A program made the position numbers and the translations under genes. A DNA stretch of 64,000 nucleotides, from contig JANLYQ010000010.1 of the NCBI GenBank assembly GCA_031365725.1, positions 50,238 through 114,237 of the forward strand, read 5' to 3'. Below, in pieces: positions 20,215 through 29,955 of the stretch (its first letter is position 1; each line of letters begins with the position of its first letter). A model generated the notes under the pieces. The model was not told the DNA's origin. It worked only from the letters and a program-made list of their open reading frames with translations, and did not search any database. The stretch is from Sporichthyaceae bacterium. Its GTDB lineage: Bacteria; Actinomycetota; Actinomycetes; JACCUZ01.

Positions 20215-20693
20215 CGCGTCGCTGCATCTGCCCCGGCTCCTTCGACCCGGTCACCAGCGGGCACCTCGACGTCATCGAGCGCGCGAGTGCTCTGGTCGAC
20301 GAGGTCACTGTCGCCGTGCTCGTGCACCCGACCAAGACCGGTCTGTTCCCGGTCGATGAGCGGGTCGCGATGCTCGAGGAGGTGACCGCGCACCTGCCCG
20401 GCGTGCGGGTCGACTCGTTCGGGGGCCTGCTGGTCGACTACTGCTCGGCGCGTGAGATCACGGTCGTGGTGAAGGGACTGCGAGGGTCCGCCGACGTCGA
20501 CTACGAGCTGTCGATGGCGCAGATGAACCGTCGCATCACCGGTCTCGAGACGGTGTTCCTCGCGAGCGAGCCGGCCTTCTCCTACGTCTCGTCTAGTCTC
20601 GTCAAGGAGGTCGCGACCTGGGGCGGTGACGTCTCCGGGCTCGTCCCCGAGCCGGTCCTCCACCGCCTGCGCCAGCGCTTTCCCCGCACCTGA
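20211..20693 (+). CDS. coaD: Phosphopantetheine adenylyltransferase
   Basis: ATG overlaps the rsmD stop. H/T-x-G-H motif (GSFDPVTSGHLDV). 160 aa. Confidence 0.9.
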   Translation: MTRRCICPGSFDPVTSGHLDVIERASALVDEVTVAVLVHPTKTGLFPVDERVAMLEEVTAHLPGVRVDSFGGLLVDYCSAREITVVVKGLRGSADVDYELSMAQMNRRITGLETVFLASEPAFSYVSSSLVKEVATWGGDVSGLVPEPVLHRLRQRFPRT

Positions 20694-20760
20694 CTCTCCG
20701 ACCACCCGACCACCCGACCACCCGGACCCACCCCGTCTCCATCCTTGAGGACCGCCACCC

Positions 20761-21303
20761 GTGGACGTGCACGACAAGCTCGACGAGCTGATCACCCTCG
20801 TCGAAGACGCCCGTTCGATGCCGATGTCGGCGTCCTGCATCGTCAACCGGGGTGAGGTGCTGGGTCTGCTCGAAGAGCTGCGCGCGCTGCTGCCGGAGGA
20901 GTTCCGGCACGCCCAGCTGCTGCTTGCCGACCGCGAGTCGGTCGTCGACGAGGGGCGTCGAGAGGCAGCCCGCATCCTGGACAACGCCCAGGAGCAGCGG
21001 GTGGCCCTGACCGCGGAGACCGAGGTGGTCGCCGAGGCCGAGCGGGTCGCCGGCCAGATCCGGACTGCGGCCGCCGAGGAGGCCCGCACGATGCGCGCCG
21101 AGGTCGACGACTACGTCGACACCAAGCTGGCCAACTTCGAGGTCGTGCTGGAGAAGACGCTCAACGCCGTGCACCGCGGTCGCGACAAGCTCAGCGGCCA
21201 GGGTGCGGGTGCCGACCTGGGCAGCATCGAGGACCGACCCCTCGAACCCCACCCCTTCGACGACGGCGGCCACGATTTCGGCCCCGCCGGGTCGCTCGGG
21301 TAG
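20761..21303 (+). CDS. Conserved actinobacterial hypothetical coiled-coil protein upstream of yceD-rpmF
   Basis: 180 aa, GTG start. Charged helical sequence. Conserved position between coaD and DUF177 in actinobacteria. Confidence 0.5.
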   Translation: MDVHDKLDELITLVEDARSMPMSASCIVNRGEVLGLLEELRALLPEEFRHAQLLLADRESVVDEGRREAARILDNAQEQRVALTAETEVVAEAERVAGQIRTAAAEEARTMRAEVDDYVDTKLANFEVVLEKTLNAVHRGRDKLSGQGAGADLGSIEDRPLEPHPFDDGGHDFGPAGSLG

Positions 21304-21350
21304 CCTGACCGGCGGTCCTGACCCTGGGGCCGAGTCCATGACGACACCAG

Positions 21351-21932
21351 ATGAGCATGCCCGACGAGAGCAGGAGAGCAACGCCCCGCCTCGACCCGCG
21401 CTCGCCCCTCGTTCTCGACACCCGAGAGCTGGGACGACGTCCCGGGTCGATGCGCACGCTCTCCCGATCTGTTCCGGCACCCGCCCACCTGGGCGTCGAG
21501 GTCCTCGGCGTCACGGAAGGGTCCCCGCTCGAGCTGGACCTCCGGCTCGAGTCGGTCGTCGAGGGGGTCCTCGTCTCCGGCACGGTGGCTGCCACCACCT
21601 CGGGGGAATGCGTGCGCTGCCTCGACCCGGTCACGGATCCACTCGTGGTCGACCTGCAAGAGCTCTACGTCTACCCGGGCACCCAGCCCGGCGACGAGCG
21701 TGACCCTGACGACGACACCGATCCGCTGCCCGAGCTCCAGGGTGACCTGCTCGACCTGGAGCCGGCGTTGCGGGACGCCGTCGTCCTGGCTCTGCCGCTG
21801 CAACCGCTGTGCCGGGTCGACTGCCCTGGTCTGTGCCCGCAGTGCGGGGCGCGGCTGGCCGACGACCCGGACCACAGCCACGAGGCCAACGACCCGCGCT
21901 GGGCCGTGCTGAAGGACCTCGGCTCCGGCTGA
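21351..21932 (+). CDS. yceD: YceD family protein (DUF177), large ribosomal RNA accumulation protein
   Basis: CxxC...CxxC zinc-ribbon pairs (ECVRCLDP ... DCPGLCPQCG). Immediately upstream of rpmF. Confidence 0.8.
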   Translation: MSMPDESRRATPRLDPRSPLVLDTRELGRRPGSMRTLSRSVPAPAHLGVEVLGVTEGSPLELDLRLESVVEGVLVSGTVAATTSGECVRCLDPVTDPLVVDLQELYVYPGTQPGDERDPDDDTDPLPELQGDLLDLEPALRDAVVLALPLQPLCRVDCPGLCPQCGARLADDPDHSHEANDPRWAVLKDLGSG

Positions 21933-22021
21933 CCAGCACCAGCACCACCAGGTGACACCCGCAGGACCTGCCGGACCCGCACGACCTGCTCCACCACCAC
22001 CCGATTCGAGGAGACGCAACG

Positions 22022-22195
22022 ATGGCCGTTCCGAAGCGCAAGATGTCGCGCAGCAACACGCGCTCGCGCCGGGCCAACTGGAAGGCGACGCCGCCGAACC
22101 TCATGGCGTGCAAGAACTGCACGGCGCCCAAGCTGGCGCACATCGCGTGCCCCACCTGCGGCACCTACGACGGCCGCGTCGTCCTCGACGTCTGA
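22022..22195 (+). CDS. rpmF: 50S ribosomal protein L32
   Basis: [57 protein letters not shown] (57 aa). RBS gaggag. Absent from the ORF track because it is under 60 aa. Confidence 0.85.
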   Translation: MAVPKRKMSRSNTRSRRANWKATPPNLMACKNCTAPKLAHIACPTCGTYDGRVVLDV

Positions 22196-22202
22196 GCAGG
22201 TC

Positions 22203-22946
22203 GTGAGCGTCGGGTCCACCGCCCCGCCCGGTCATGACGCGCCCGGTCGTCTCGCAGAGACGATCGGTGTCGTCGTCGACGCCGGGCTGCTGGATCGCGC
22301 GCTGACCCACCGCTCGTTCGCCTACGAGAACGGCGGCCTGCCCACCAACGAGCGCCTGGAGTTCCTCGGCGACTCGGTGCTGGGCCTGGTCGTCACCGAC
22401 CACCTTTACAAGGTCCATCCCGAGCTGCCCGAGGGCCAGCTGGCCAAGCTGCGGGCTGCCGTGGTCAACATGCGGGCGCTGGCCGATGTGGCCCGCTCGC
22501 TGTCCCTCGGTGGGTTCATCCGGCTGGGCCGCGGCGAGGAGAGCACCGGCGGCCGGGACAAGTCCTCGATCCTGGCCGACACCCTCGAGGCCGTCCTGGG
22601 CGCGGTCTACGTCGACCGCGGCCTCGAGGCCGCCGCCGAGCTGGTGCATCGACTCTTCGACCCGCTCATCGACCAGGCGGCCACCCTCGGGGCCGGGCTC
22701 GACTGGAAGACCAGCCTGCAGGAGCTGACCGCGACCGCCGCGATGGGCGTCCCGGACTATCTCGTCACCGAGACCGGCCCGGACCACGAGAAGGTCTTCG
22801 CCGCCGTCGTCCGGATCGCCGGCGAGGGCTACGGCGAGGGCAGCGGGCGCAGCAAGAAGGAAGCCGAGCAGGAGGCCGCCGCGGCCGCCTGGCGGCACCT
22901 GCGCGCCGAACTGCCGGAGGACGGGTCCGACCCCGTCGGGGTCTGA
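22203..22946 (+). CDS. rnc: Ribonuclease III
   Basis: RNase III signature [12 protein letters not shown] and a C-terminal dsRBD. GTG start. Confidence 0.9.
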   Translation: MSVGSTAPPGHDAPGRLAETIGVVVDAGLLDRALTHRSFAYENGGLPTNERLEFLGDSVLGLVVTDHLYKVHPELPEGQLAKLRAAVVNMRALADVARSLSLGGFIRLGRGEESTGGRDKSSILADTLEAVLGAVYVDRGLEAAAELVHRLFDPLIDQAATLGAGLDWKTSLQELTATAAMGVPDYLVTETGPDHEKVFAAVVRIAGEGYGEGSGRSKKEAEQEAAAAAWRHLRAELPEDGSDPVGV

Positions 22947-22956
22947 CGCCCCCACC

Positions 22957-23832
22957 GTGCCCGAGCTGCCCGAGGTCGAGGTGGTCCGCCGCGGGCTCGC
23001 CCGCTGGGTCGCCGGGCGCACCGTGGCCGCTGTCGAGGTCGCCCACCCCCGCGCCGTACGACGCCATGCCGGGGGTGGCCTCGACTTCGCCGCGCGGCTG
23101 ACCGGGCGCACGCTCACCGGAGCCAGCCGGCGCGGGAAGTACCTCTGGCTCCCGCTCGACGGCGGCGACGAGGCGGTCCTCGCGCATCTGGGGATGAGCG
23201 GGCAGCTGCTGGTGCGCCCGGTCGACGCGCCGACCGAGACCCACCTGCGGGTCCGGGTCACGTTCACCGACGCGACCACCGAGCGGCACGACCTGCGTTT
23301 CGTCGACCAGCGCACCTTCGGTGGCCTGGCTGTTGTCGACCTCGTCGACGGCGTCCCGGCTCCGGTCGCCCACATCGCGCGCGACCCGCTGGACCCGGTC
23401 TTCGACGACGAGAGGTGGGTCAGTGCCCTGCGGCGTCGTCGTACCGGGCTCAAGCGGGCACTGCTGGACCAGACGCTGGCCAGCGGCATCGGCAACATCT
23501 ACGCCGACGAGGCGCTGTGGCGGGCCCGGCTGCACTGGGCCCGGGCCACCGACACGTTGCCGCGTCCACAGGCGAGGGTCGTGCTGGGTGCTGCCCGCGC
23601 GGTGATGGTGGAGGCCCTGGCCCAGGGCGGCACGTCCTTCGACTCCCTCTACGTCAACGTCAACGGCGAGAGCGGCTACTTCGACCGCTCGCTGCACGTC
23701 TACGGCCGCGACGGCGGGTCGTGCGACCGCTGCGGCACCCCGGTGGTGCGCGAGCCGTTCATGAACCGTTCGTCGTTCCGCTGCCCGCGCTGCCAGCCGC
23801 GACCGCGCGCGGCGCAGAACCTGCACGCCTGA
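22957..23832 (+). CDS. mutM: Formamidopyrimidine-DNA glycosylase
   Basis: N-terminal PELPEVE with catalytic Pro2. C-terminal zinc finger CxxC..CxxC. GTG start. Confidence 0.9.
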   Translation: MPELPEVEVVRRGLARWVAGRTVAAVEVAHPRAVRRHAGGGLDFAARLTGRTLTGASRRGKYLWLPLDGGDEAVLAHLGMSGQLLVRPVDAPTETHLRVRVTFTDATTERHDLRFVDQRTFGGLAVVDLVDGVPAPVAHIARDPLDPVFDDERWVSALRRRRTGLKRALLDQTLASGIGNIYADEALWRARLHWARATDTLPRPQARVVLGAARAVMVEALAQGGTSFDSLYVNVNGESGYFDRSLHVYGRDGGSCDRCGTPVVREPFMNRSSFRCPRCQPRPRAAQNLHA

Positions 23833-23920
23833 GCCGGCTGACCGGCTGACCGGCTGTCCGGCTGACCGGTTGCCACGTAGGTTGGCGAGCGTGCTCCCCG
23901 CCAGGCCGGCCCGCGCCGGA

Positions 23921-24820
23921 ATGAGTCCTGTCCCGAGGCAGTCAGGCGGCCTGGTCATGGTGCTCGCGGCGGCCGCCCTGGCCGGTCTGGTGTCCGGCTG
24001 TGCCCGCGGCAGCGCCACGCCGGCAGCGGCGGCCTCGGCCGCAGCTCGTGCCCACACCCCACGGCTCCGCGCCGAGGTCGTGCAGCTGCGTCGGGACGAG
24101 GCCCTGGGCCGGGTCGAGGTGGCCGTGACCAACCGCTCCGGCAGCACCGTCACCATCGAGACGATCGACCTGCGGGTGCCCGGCTTCAGCGGCGGCGGCC
24201 GGCAGGTCAAGGGCGAGCCGCTGCCCGCCGGGCAGCGGGTGAACCTCCCCACGCCGTACGGCGAGGTGAGCTGCGACGACGCCGGCGCGGCACACGTCGG
24301 TGCCGGCACCGTCGAGGTGCTGGTGCACTCCGCCACGGACCCGACCTCGCACCGTGAGGTGCTGCCGGCGCAGGACCCCGACGGGCTGATGCCCCGCATC
24401 GCGGCCCAGACCTGCCTGGTCCGCAGGCTCGACGCGGAGGTACCGCTGGCCTTCGGCCCGACCTGGCGGCGGACGGGCAGGGGAGCCGAGGTGGCACTGC
24501 ACGGGACGCTGGTGGCCCGGCTCGGCACCGACCAGCCGCGCGACGTCACCCAGGTCGCGGGCACCGTGATCTTCGACCTGGCGCCGGACGGCGCGGCTCG
24601 ATCCGCACACCCGCTGGCGAGGCTCACTTCCGGGCACCCGCGGGTCGCGATCCCGATCGTGCTGCGGACGGCCCGCTGCACCGGCCACGCCATCGGAGAG
24701 ACCAAGAAGCCGTACGCCTTCCTGGTCTGGCTGGCTGCACCCGGCGGTCCCGAGCAGGCGGTGACCCTGCCGGTCAGCGCGGCGGACAAGGCCGCGCTGC
24801 AGGCGCTCTGCCGGCTCTGA
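23921..24820 (+). CDS. Hypothetical lipoprotein
   Basis: Signal peptide with lipobox LVSGC. No recognisable domain. Lineage-specific insert between fpg and smc. Confidence 0.5.
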   Translation: MSPVPRQSGGLVMVLAAAALAGLVSGCARGSATPAAAASAAARAHTPRLRAEVVQLRRDEALGRVEVAVTNRSGSTVTIETIDLRVPGFSGGGRQVKGEPLPAGQRVNLPTPYGEVSCDDAGAAHVGAGTVEVLVHSATDPTSHREVLPAQDPDGLMPRIAAQTCLVRRLDAEVPLAFGPTWRRTGRGAEVALHGTLVARLGTDQPRDVTQVAGTVIFDLAPDGAARSAHPLARLTSGHPRVAIPIVLRTARCTGHAIGETKKPYAFLVWLAAPGGPEQAVTLPVSAADKAALQALCRL

Positions 24821-25080
24821 CGGGCCGGTCAGACGGGGGACGGATCGGCGTCGTCACCCGTTCAGCGCACCGTTCGTCATGTTTCGTGAGCGTGCGTCAC
24901 TGTGACCGTCCTGTGACCTCTTGACCGGCTGCAAGCGGGGTGTCACCCTGGGAGAGCGCTCGGCGTCGCCCCCTCGGTGTCCGCCCCCGACGGGTGCACG
25001 TGGCCCCCCGGTGACCGGAGCGCGCGAACAGAACACATGCCCGCGTGCCGCGCGGGACGGACGGCAGGTGGAGGACCCGC

Positions 25081-25275
25081 ATGGCGAAGGCTCTGATCGG
25101 TCATGTCGGTGGACCAGACGTCCACACCCTCGTCGAGATGCGTCGGCTTCGGGAGCGGGTGCGGTCCCTCGAGACCGAGCTGCTCCGCCTACGCTCGGAA
25201 AATGACGCCCTGATCGAGGCTGCCGCCGAGTCGCGGCTGATCTCGTTGGACGTCAAGGAGCCTGCGCTGGCCTGA
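25081..25275 (+). CDS. Hypothetical small coiled-coil protein (64 aa)
   Basis: ATG with RBS ggaggac. MAKALIGHVGGPDVHTLVEMRRLRERVRSLETELLRLRSENDALIEAA. No family assignment. Confidence 0.35.
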   Translation: MAKALIGHVGGPDVHTLVEMRRLRERVRSLETELLRLRSENDALIEAAAESRLISLDVKEPALA

Positions 25276-25401
25276 GGCGGCTGTCGGGTAGGCTGCTCCC
25301 TGGCCTTCCCCGCCCGTCGTCACGCCCCGCCTGCACCGCCGTACCCGCTGGTCGTCGACCCGCGGCAGCCCGGTCACGCCGGGGCCGAGGAGCTCCGCCT
25401 C

Positions 25402-28400
25402 GTGCACCTGAAGAGCCTCACCCTCAAGGGCTTCAAGTCCTTCGCGTCGGCCACCACGTTCCACTTCGAGCCGGGCATCACGGCCGTGGTCGGACCCAAC
25501 GGGTCCGGCAAGTCCAACGTCGTCGACGCCCTCGCCTGGGTGATGGGGGAGCAAGGCGCCAAGACGCTGCGCGGGGGCAAGATGGAGGACGTCATCTTCG
25601 CCGGCACCAGCGGCCGCGACGGTGCCGCCGGGCGCGCACCACTGGGTCGGGCCGAGGTCAGCCTCACCATCGACAACTCCGACGGTGCCCTGCCGATCGA
25701 CTATGCCGAGGTCACCATCTCGCGGATCATGTTCCGCAACGGCGGCTCGGAGTACTCCATCAACGGCACCGGCTGCCGGCTGCTGGACGTCCAGGAGCTG
25801 CTGTCGGACTCCGGCATCGGCCGCGAGATGCATGTGATCGTCGGCCAGGGCCAGCTCGACGCCGTGCTGTCGGCCGGCCCCGAGGAGCGACGCGGCTTCA
25901 TCGAGGAGGCAGCAGGGGTCCTCAAGCACCGCAAGCGCAAGGAGAAGGCGCTGCGCAAGCTGGACGCGATGCAGGGCAACCTCACCCGGGTGCAGGACCT
26001 CACGGTCGAGCTGCGTCGCCAGCTCAAGCCGCTCGGTCGCCAGGCCGAGGTCGCTCGGCGCGCTGCCGTCGTCCAGTCCGACCTGCGCGACTCGCGGCTG
26101 CGGCTGCTCGCCGACGACCTCGTGGCACTCAGCGTCACCCTCGAGGCGGAGGTCGCTGACGAGACCGCGCTGCGTGCCCGCCGGGCCGAGGTCGAGGCCG
26201 AGCTCGCGACTGCCATCGAGCGGGAGACCGCCCTGGAGCAGAGCTCTGCGGCCGAGGCGCCCGCACTGACCCGGGCCCAGGAAACCTGGTACCGGTTGTC
26301 CTCGCTGCGAGAGCGCTTCCGGGGCACCGGCAGCCTTGCCGCCGAACGGGTGCGGCACCTCGCTGAGGCCGTCGAGGGCGCGCAGAGCGCGCCCGGCCGC
26401 GACCCGGCCGAGCTTGCCGCCGAGGCCGGCCGGGTGCGGGCCGACGAGGCCGAGATCGAGGCCGCGGTCGAGCGGGACCGGGCCGCACTGGCCGACGCCG
26501 TGACGGCCCGCCAGCAGGCCGAGGCCGAGCTCGCCGACGAGCAGAAGCGCCTGGCTGCGGCCGCGCGAGCCGCGGCGGACCGACGTGAGGGACTGGCCCG
26601 CCTGGCCGGCCAGGTCGCCGCCCGCCGCAGTCGGGTCGAGGCCGCGGAGGCGGAGATCGGTCGCCTCAGCCCGGCCCGAGAGGAAGCCCGGGCCCGCGCC
26701 GCCCGCGCCCAGTCCGAGTTCACCGCCATCGAGACCCAGGTGGCCGGGCTCGATGCCGGCGAGGAGGACCTCGACGCCGTGCACGAGGAGGCCGCGTTGC
26801 GCCTCGCGGCCGCCGACGACCGGGTGGCCGTGTTGCGCGAGGAGGAGCGGGTCGCCGACCAGGAGCGCGCCGCCTTGGTCGCTCGCAAGGACGCCCTCGA
26901 GATCGGCCTCGCCCGCAAGGACGGGGCCGGCACCGTGCTCGCCGCCGGAGACCGCCTCTCCGGTGTGCTCGGGTCGGTCGCCGCCCTGCTCACCGTCGAG
27001 AGCGGCTTCGAGACTGCGGTGGCGGCCGCTCTCGGGCCGGTGGCCGATGCGGTCGCGGTCGGTGACCTTGGCGCTGCCCAGCGGGCGATCATGTTGCTCA
27101 AGGACGACGACGCCGGTCGGGTGGGCATGCTCGTCGGCGCTGAGGCTCCTCGGTCCCCGGCGTACACCGGTGGGAATGACGTACCTCCCTCGCTGCCCGC
27201 AGGCTGTCGGGCCGCGACCGAGGTGGTCACTGCGCCGGCGGCACTGCAGGCGGCGGTGGCGCTGCTGCTGGCCGATGTCGTGGTCGTGCCTGACCTCACC
27301 ACGGCGCGACGGCTCGTGCAGGACCACCCCCAGCTCGTGGCAGTCACCACCGAGGGCGACCTGCTCGGGGTCGACCGGGCGGCCGGCGGTTCGGCCAGCA
27401 CGCCCAGCCTCCTCGAGGTGCAGGCGGCCGTCGACGAGGCGGCGGGCCGCTTGGTCGAGGCGGGGCACCGGCTCGAGCGGGCGAGATTCGGCCTGGGGTC
27501 GGCGAGTCAGGAGCAGGACACCGCACACCGTGACGTGCAGGTGGCCCTCGACCGACTGCACGAGTCCGACGCACGGATGGCCGCCGTCGCCGAGCAGCTG
27601 GGTCAGCTCGGTGCGCAAGCCCGGTCGGCACGCGGCGAGGCCGACCGCCTCGACCGTTCGATCGCGCTGGCCACCGAGGCGCGCGACACCGACAGCACCG
27701 CCCTCGGCGAGCTGGAGGAGCGGCTCGCCCTCGCCGCCCGGACCGGCCCCGACGGCCTGGCCGATGGCGCCGAGGGTGCCGAGCCCGACTCCGCGGTCCG
27801 AGACCAGCTCGAGGAGGCATCGCGTTCGGCCCGCCAGGCCGAGGTCGAGCACCGCCTCGCTGTGCGCACCGGTGAGGAGCGCGTCCGCGCCCTGGCCGGT
27901 CGGGCCGACCAGCTGACCCAAGCTGCCGAGCAGGAGCGCCGTGCCCGCCAGCAGCAGGCGGCGCGCCGTGAGGCGCAGGTCCGGGAGGCAGCGGTGGCCC
28001 GCCAGGTGGCGCTCGCCGCGCAGGCCGCGCTCGCTCACCTGGAGCACTCCCTGGCCTTGGCCGCCCAGGTGCGCGAGGAGGCCGAGCGGGCCCGCGCCGA
28101 GCGTGACGCCGAGACGACGGCGCTGCGCAGCCGGCTGCGTGAGCTCGGCGGCGAGCTCGACCGGCTGACCGACAGCGTCCACCGCGACGAGGTGGCCCGG
28201 GCCGAGCAGCGGCTGCGCATCGAGGCCCTGCAGATGAAGGCGCTGGACGACCACGGGGTGGAGCCTGTCGCACTCGTGGAGGAGTACGGCCCGCACGTCC
28301 TCGTGCCGCCCTCCCCCCTGGCGCCGGAGGAGGTGCGTGAGGTCGAGCCGGAGCCGACGACGTTCGTGCGCGTCGAGCAGGAGAAGCGGATGCGCTCCGC

Positions 28401-29028
28401 CGAGCGGGCGCTGGCGCTGCTGGGTCGGGTCAACCCGCTGGCGCTGGAGGAATTCCAGGCCCTCGAGGAGCGCCACCAGTTCCTCGCCGAGCAGCTCGAG
28501 GACCTCAAGGCCACCCGGCGCGACCTGATGGACATCGTGCGCGAGGTCGACGAGCGGGTCGAGCAGGTCTTCACCGCTGCCTTCCATGACACCGCCCGGG
28601 AGTTCGAGGGCGTCTTCGCCCGGTTGTTCCCCGGTGGCGAGGGGCGGCTGGTCCTCACCGATCCCGGTGACATGCTCGCCACCGGCATCGAGGTCGAGGC
28701 CCGGCCGCCGGGGAAGAAGGTCAAACGGCTGTCGCTGCTCTCCGGCGGGGAGCGGTCCCTGACCGCGGTGGCCCTGCTGGTCGCGATCTTCAAGGCCCGG
28801 CCGAGCCCGTTCTACGTCATGGACGAGGTGGAGGCGGCTCTCGACGACACGAACCTCGGCCGGCTCATCGCGATCATGGAGGAGCTGCGGGAGGCCAGCC
28901 AGCTGATCGTGATCACCCACCAGAAGCGCACCATGGAGGTCGCCGACGCCCTCTACGGCGTGTCGATGCGTGGCGACGGCATCACGACCGTCATCGGTCA
29001 GCGGCTGCGGGAGCCCGAGCCGGTCTGA
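25402..29028 (+). CDS. smc: Chromosome segregation protein SMC
   Basis: 1208 aa. N-terminal Walker A (GPNGSGKSN), long coiled coils, hinge, and C-terminal signature/Walker B (LSGGERSLTAVALL...YVMDEVEAALD). Confidence 0.95.
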   Translation: MHLKSLTLKGFKSFASATTFHFEPGITAVVGPNGSGKSNVVDALAWVMGEQGAKTLRGGKMEDVIFAGTSGRDGAAGRAPLGRAEVSLTIDNSDGALPIDYAEVTISRIMFRNGGSEYSINGTGCRLLDVQELLSDSGIGREMHVIVGQGQLDAVLSAGPEERRGFIEEAAGVLKHRKRKEKALRKLDAMQGNLTRVQDLTVELRRQLKPLGRQAEVARRAAVVQSDLRDSRLRLLADDLVALSVTLEAEVADETALRARRAEVEAELATAIERETALEQSSAAEAPALTRAQETWYRLSSLRERFRGTGSLAAERVRHLAEAVEGAQSAPGRDPAELAAEAGRVRADEAEIEAAVERDRAALADAVTARQQAEAELADEQKRLAAAARAAADRREGLARLAGQVAARRSRVEAAEAEIGRLSPAREEARARAARAQSEFTAIETQVAGLDAGEEDLDAVHEEAALRLAAADDRVAVLREEERVADQERAALVARKDALEIGLARKDGAGTVLAAGDRLSGVLGSVAALLTVESGFETAVAAALGPVADAVAVGDLGAAQRAIMLLKDDDAGRVGMLVGAEAPRSPAYTGGNDVPPSLPAGCRAATEVVTAPAALQAAVALLLADVVVVPDLTTARRLVQDHPQLVAVTTEGDLLGVDRAAGGSASTPSLLEVQAAVDEAAGRLVEAGHRLERARFGLGSASQEQDTAHRDVQVALDRLHESDARMAAVAEQLGQLGAQARSARGEADRLDRSIALATEARDTDSTALGELEERLALAARTGPDGLADGAEGAEPDSAVRDQLEEASRSARQAEVEHRLAVRTGEERVRALAGRADQLTQAAEQERRARQQQAARREAQVREAAVARQVALAAQAALAHLEHSLALAAQVREEAERARAERDAETTALRSRLRELGGELDRLTDSVHRDEVARAEQRLRIEALQMKALDDHGVEPVALVEEYGPHVLVPPSPLAPEEVREVEPEPTTFVRVEQEKRMRSAERALALLGRVNPLALEEFQALEERHQFLAEQLEDLKATRRDLMDIVREVDERVEQVFTAAFHDTAREFEGVFARLFPGGEGRLVLTDPGDMLATGIEVEARPPGKKVKRLSLLSGGERSLTAVALLVAIFKARPSPFYVMDEVEAALDDTNLGRLIAIMEELREASQLIVITHQKRTMEVADALYGVSMRGDGITTVIGQRLREPEPV

Positions 29029-29168
29029 GCCGGCGACGCCTTCCGGGCTTACCGTCGTACGTCGCCCGACGGTCACGTGATCTCGCTCACCCCGTGGGCG
29101 TGGCGCCACGCCGAGGCGCCCGCGCAGGACCGGCGTACGGCCGGACTGTGGCTACCGTGGAGGGGGTG

Positions 29169-29459
29169 ATGACCATCATCGTTTTCCAGCTGGCAATGGG
29201 TCTCGTCGCCCTGCTCGTCGTGGGTGTCGTGGCCGTCCTCTACCGCGGCCGCCAGATGGCCGAGTCCGGCCGGCTGCCTGCCGCACCGATGCACAAGCTC
29301 TCCGACACCATGACGGCGATGGCCGGCAAGGTCCTCCCCGGCGACGCTCCGCCGCTCGGCGTGCTCACCAGCCCGGAGAAGTCCCGGGCGATGTCGGCCC
29401 GCTTCGAGCGCGCCGAGACCAGCGTCCGTCGCCTGGTCGGCACCGCGCCCCGACCCTGA
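29169..29459 (+). CDS. Hypothetical small membrane protein
   Basis: ATG with RBS ggaggggg. One TM helix (TIIVFQLAMGLVALLVVGVVAVLY). Confidence 0.4.
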   Translation: MTIIVFQLAMGLVALLVVGVVAVLYRGRQMAESGRLPAAPMHKLSDTMTAMAGKVLPGDAPPLGVLTSPEKSRAMSARFERAETSVRRLVGTAPRP

Positions 29460-29529
29460 CTGATCCGGCGGGCTGGCCGAGCTGAGCGTCGCGTCGACGA
29501 CGTGGTCCTGCGGCGGAACTCTGCGCCCC

Positions 29530-29618
29530 GTACCCACGAACACACAGAAGCCGCTGATTCAGGTTCTGCTGAGCGTGCACCCAGCGGCCCGTCCCCACTT
29601 CTGTGTGCTCGCCGGTAC
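29530..29618. repeat. GTAC-bounded ~90-bp palindromic element, copy 1
   Basis: 21-bp imperfect terminal inverted repeats gtacccacgaacacacagaag ... cttctgtgtgctcgccggtac (perfect 10-bp core cacacagaag/cttctgtgtg) around a 47-nt interior containing gagcgtgc. Confidence 0.6.
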
Positions 29619-29750
29619 ATCGAGCCCGCCGAGGCCGACGAGGCCGACCCGCTGATCTTCGCCCTCTCGCACGCGGACCAGCTCCCCGAGTGGCGGAACC
29701 TGGCTGCTCGCCCCCATCCAGCGGCGGAAGGTGGTCGTCGGCAGCGTCGA

Positions 29751-29840
29751 GCGGCGACCAGGTTCCGCCACTCGTCGACCGCGACGACCAGGTTCGGCCA
29801 CTCGTCGGCCGCGACGACCACGGGCCGCCAGTTGCGGTGT
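29751..29840. repeat. 3 x 30-bp tandem direct repeat (third unit degenerate), plus an upstream inverted 16-mer at ~29688-29703
   Basis: Units gcggcgaccaggttccgccactcgtcgacc / gcgacgaccaggttcggccactcgtcggcc / gcgacgaccacgggccgccagttgcggtgt. gagtggcggaacctgg at 29688-29703 is the exact reverse complement of ccaggttccgccactc in unit 1. Confidence 0.5.
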
Positions 29841-29865
29841 CCGTGTGGCGGGCGGAGTGATGGGC

Positions 29866-29955
29866 GTACCCACGAACACACAGAAGCAGCGGTTCCGGGT
29901 CCTGTTGAGCGTGCGCCCCGGCGGCTCGTCCCCGCTTCTGTGTGTTCGTCGGTAC
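29866..29955. repeat. GTAC-bounded ~90-bp palindromic element, copy 2
   Basis: gtacccacgaacacacagaag ... cttctgtgtgttcgtcggtac with one TIR mismatch. Interior has ctgttgagcgtgcgccccggcgg, homologous to copy 1. Confidence 0.6.

Noticed and set aside
20694-20760. gaccacccgaccacccgaccacccgga triple 8-bp tandem repeat after coaD
   Set aside because: A very short simple repeat in an intergenic region. No structure or function can be inferred.
24840-25045. Shared 9-mer tgagcgtgc between the palindromic-element interiors and the region upstream of the 25081 small ORF
   Set aside because: A single 9-mer match in a 72% GC genome is within chance expectation. It is noted only as a possible lead.
29530-29955. 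Possible CRISPR array
   Set aside because: The repeats are 90 bp and internally palindromic with only two adjacent copies. The 247-bp spacer is itself repetitive. No cas genes or leader are present. This does not fit CRISPR architecture.
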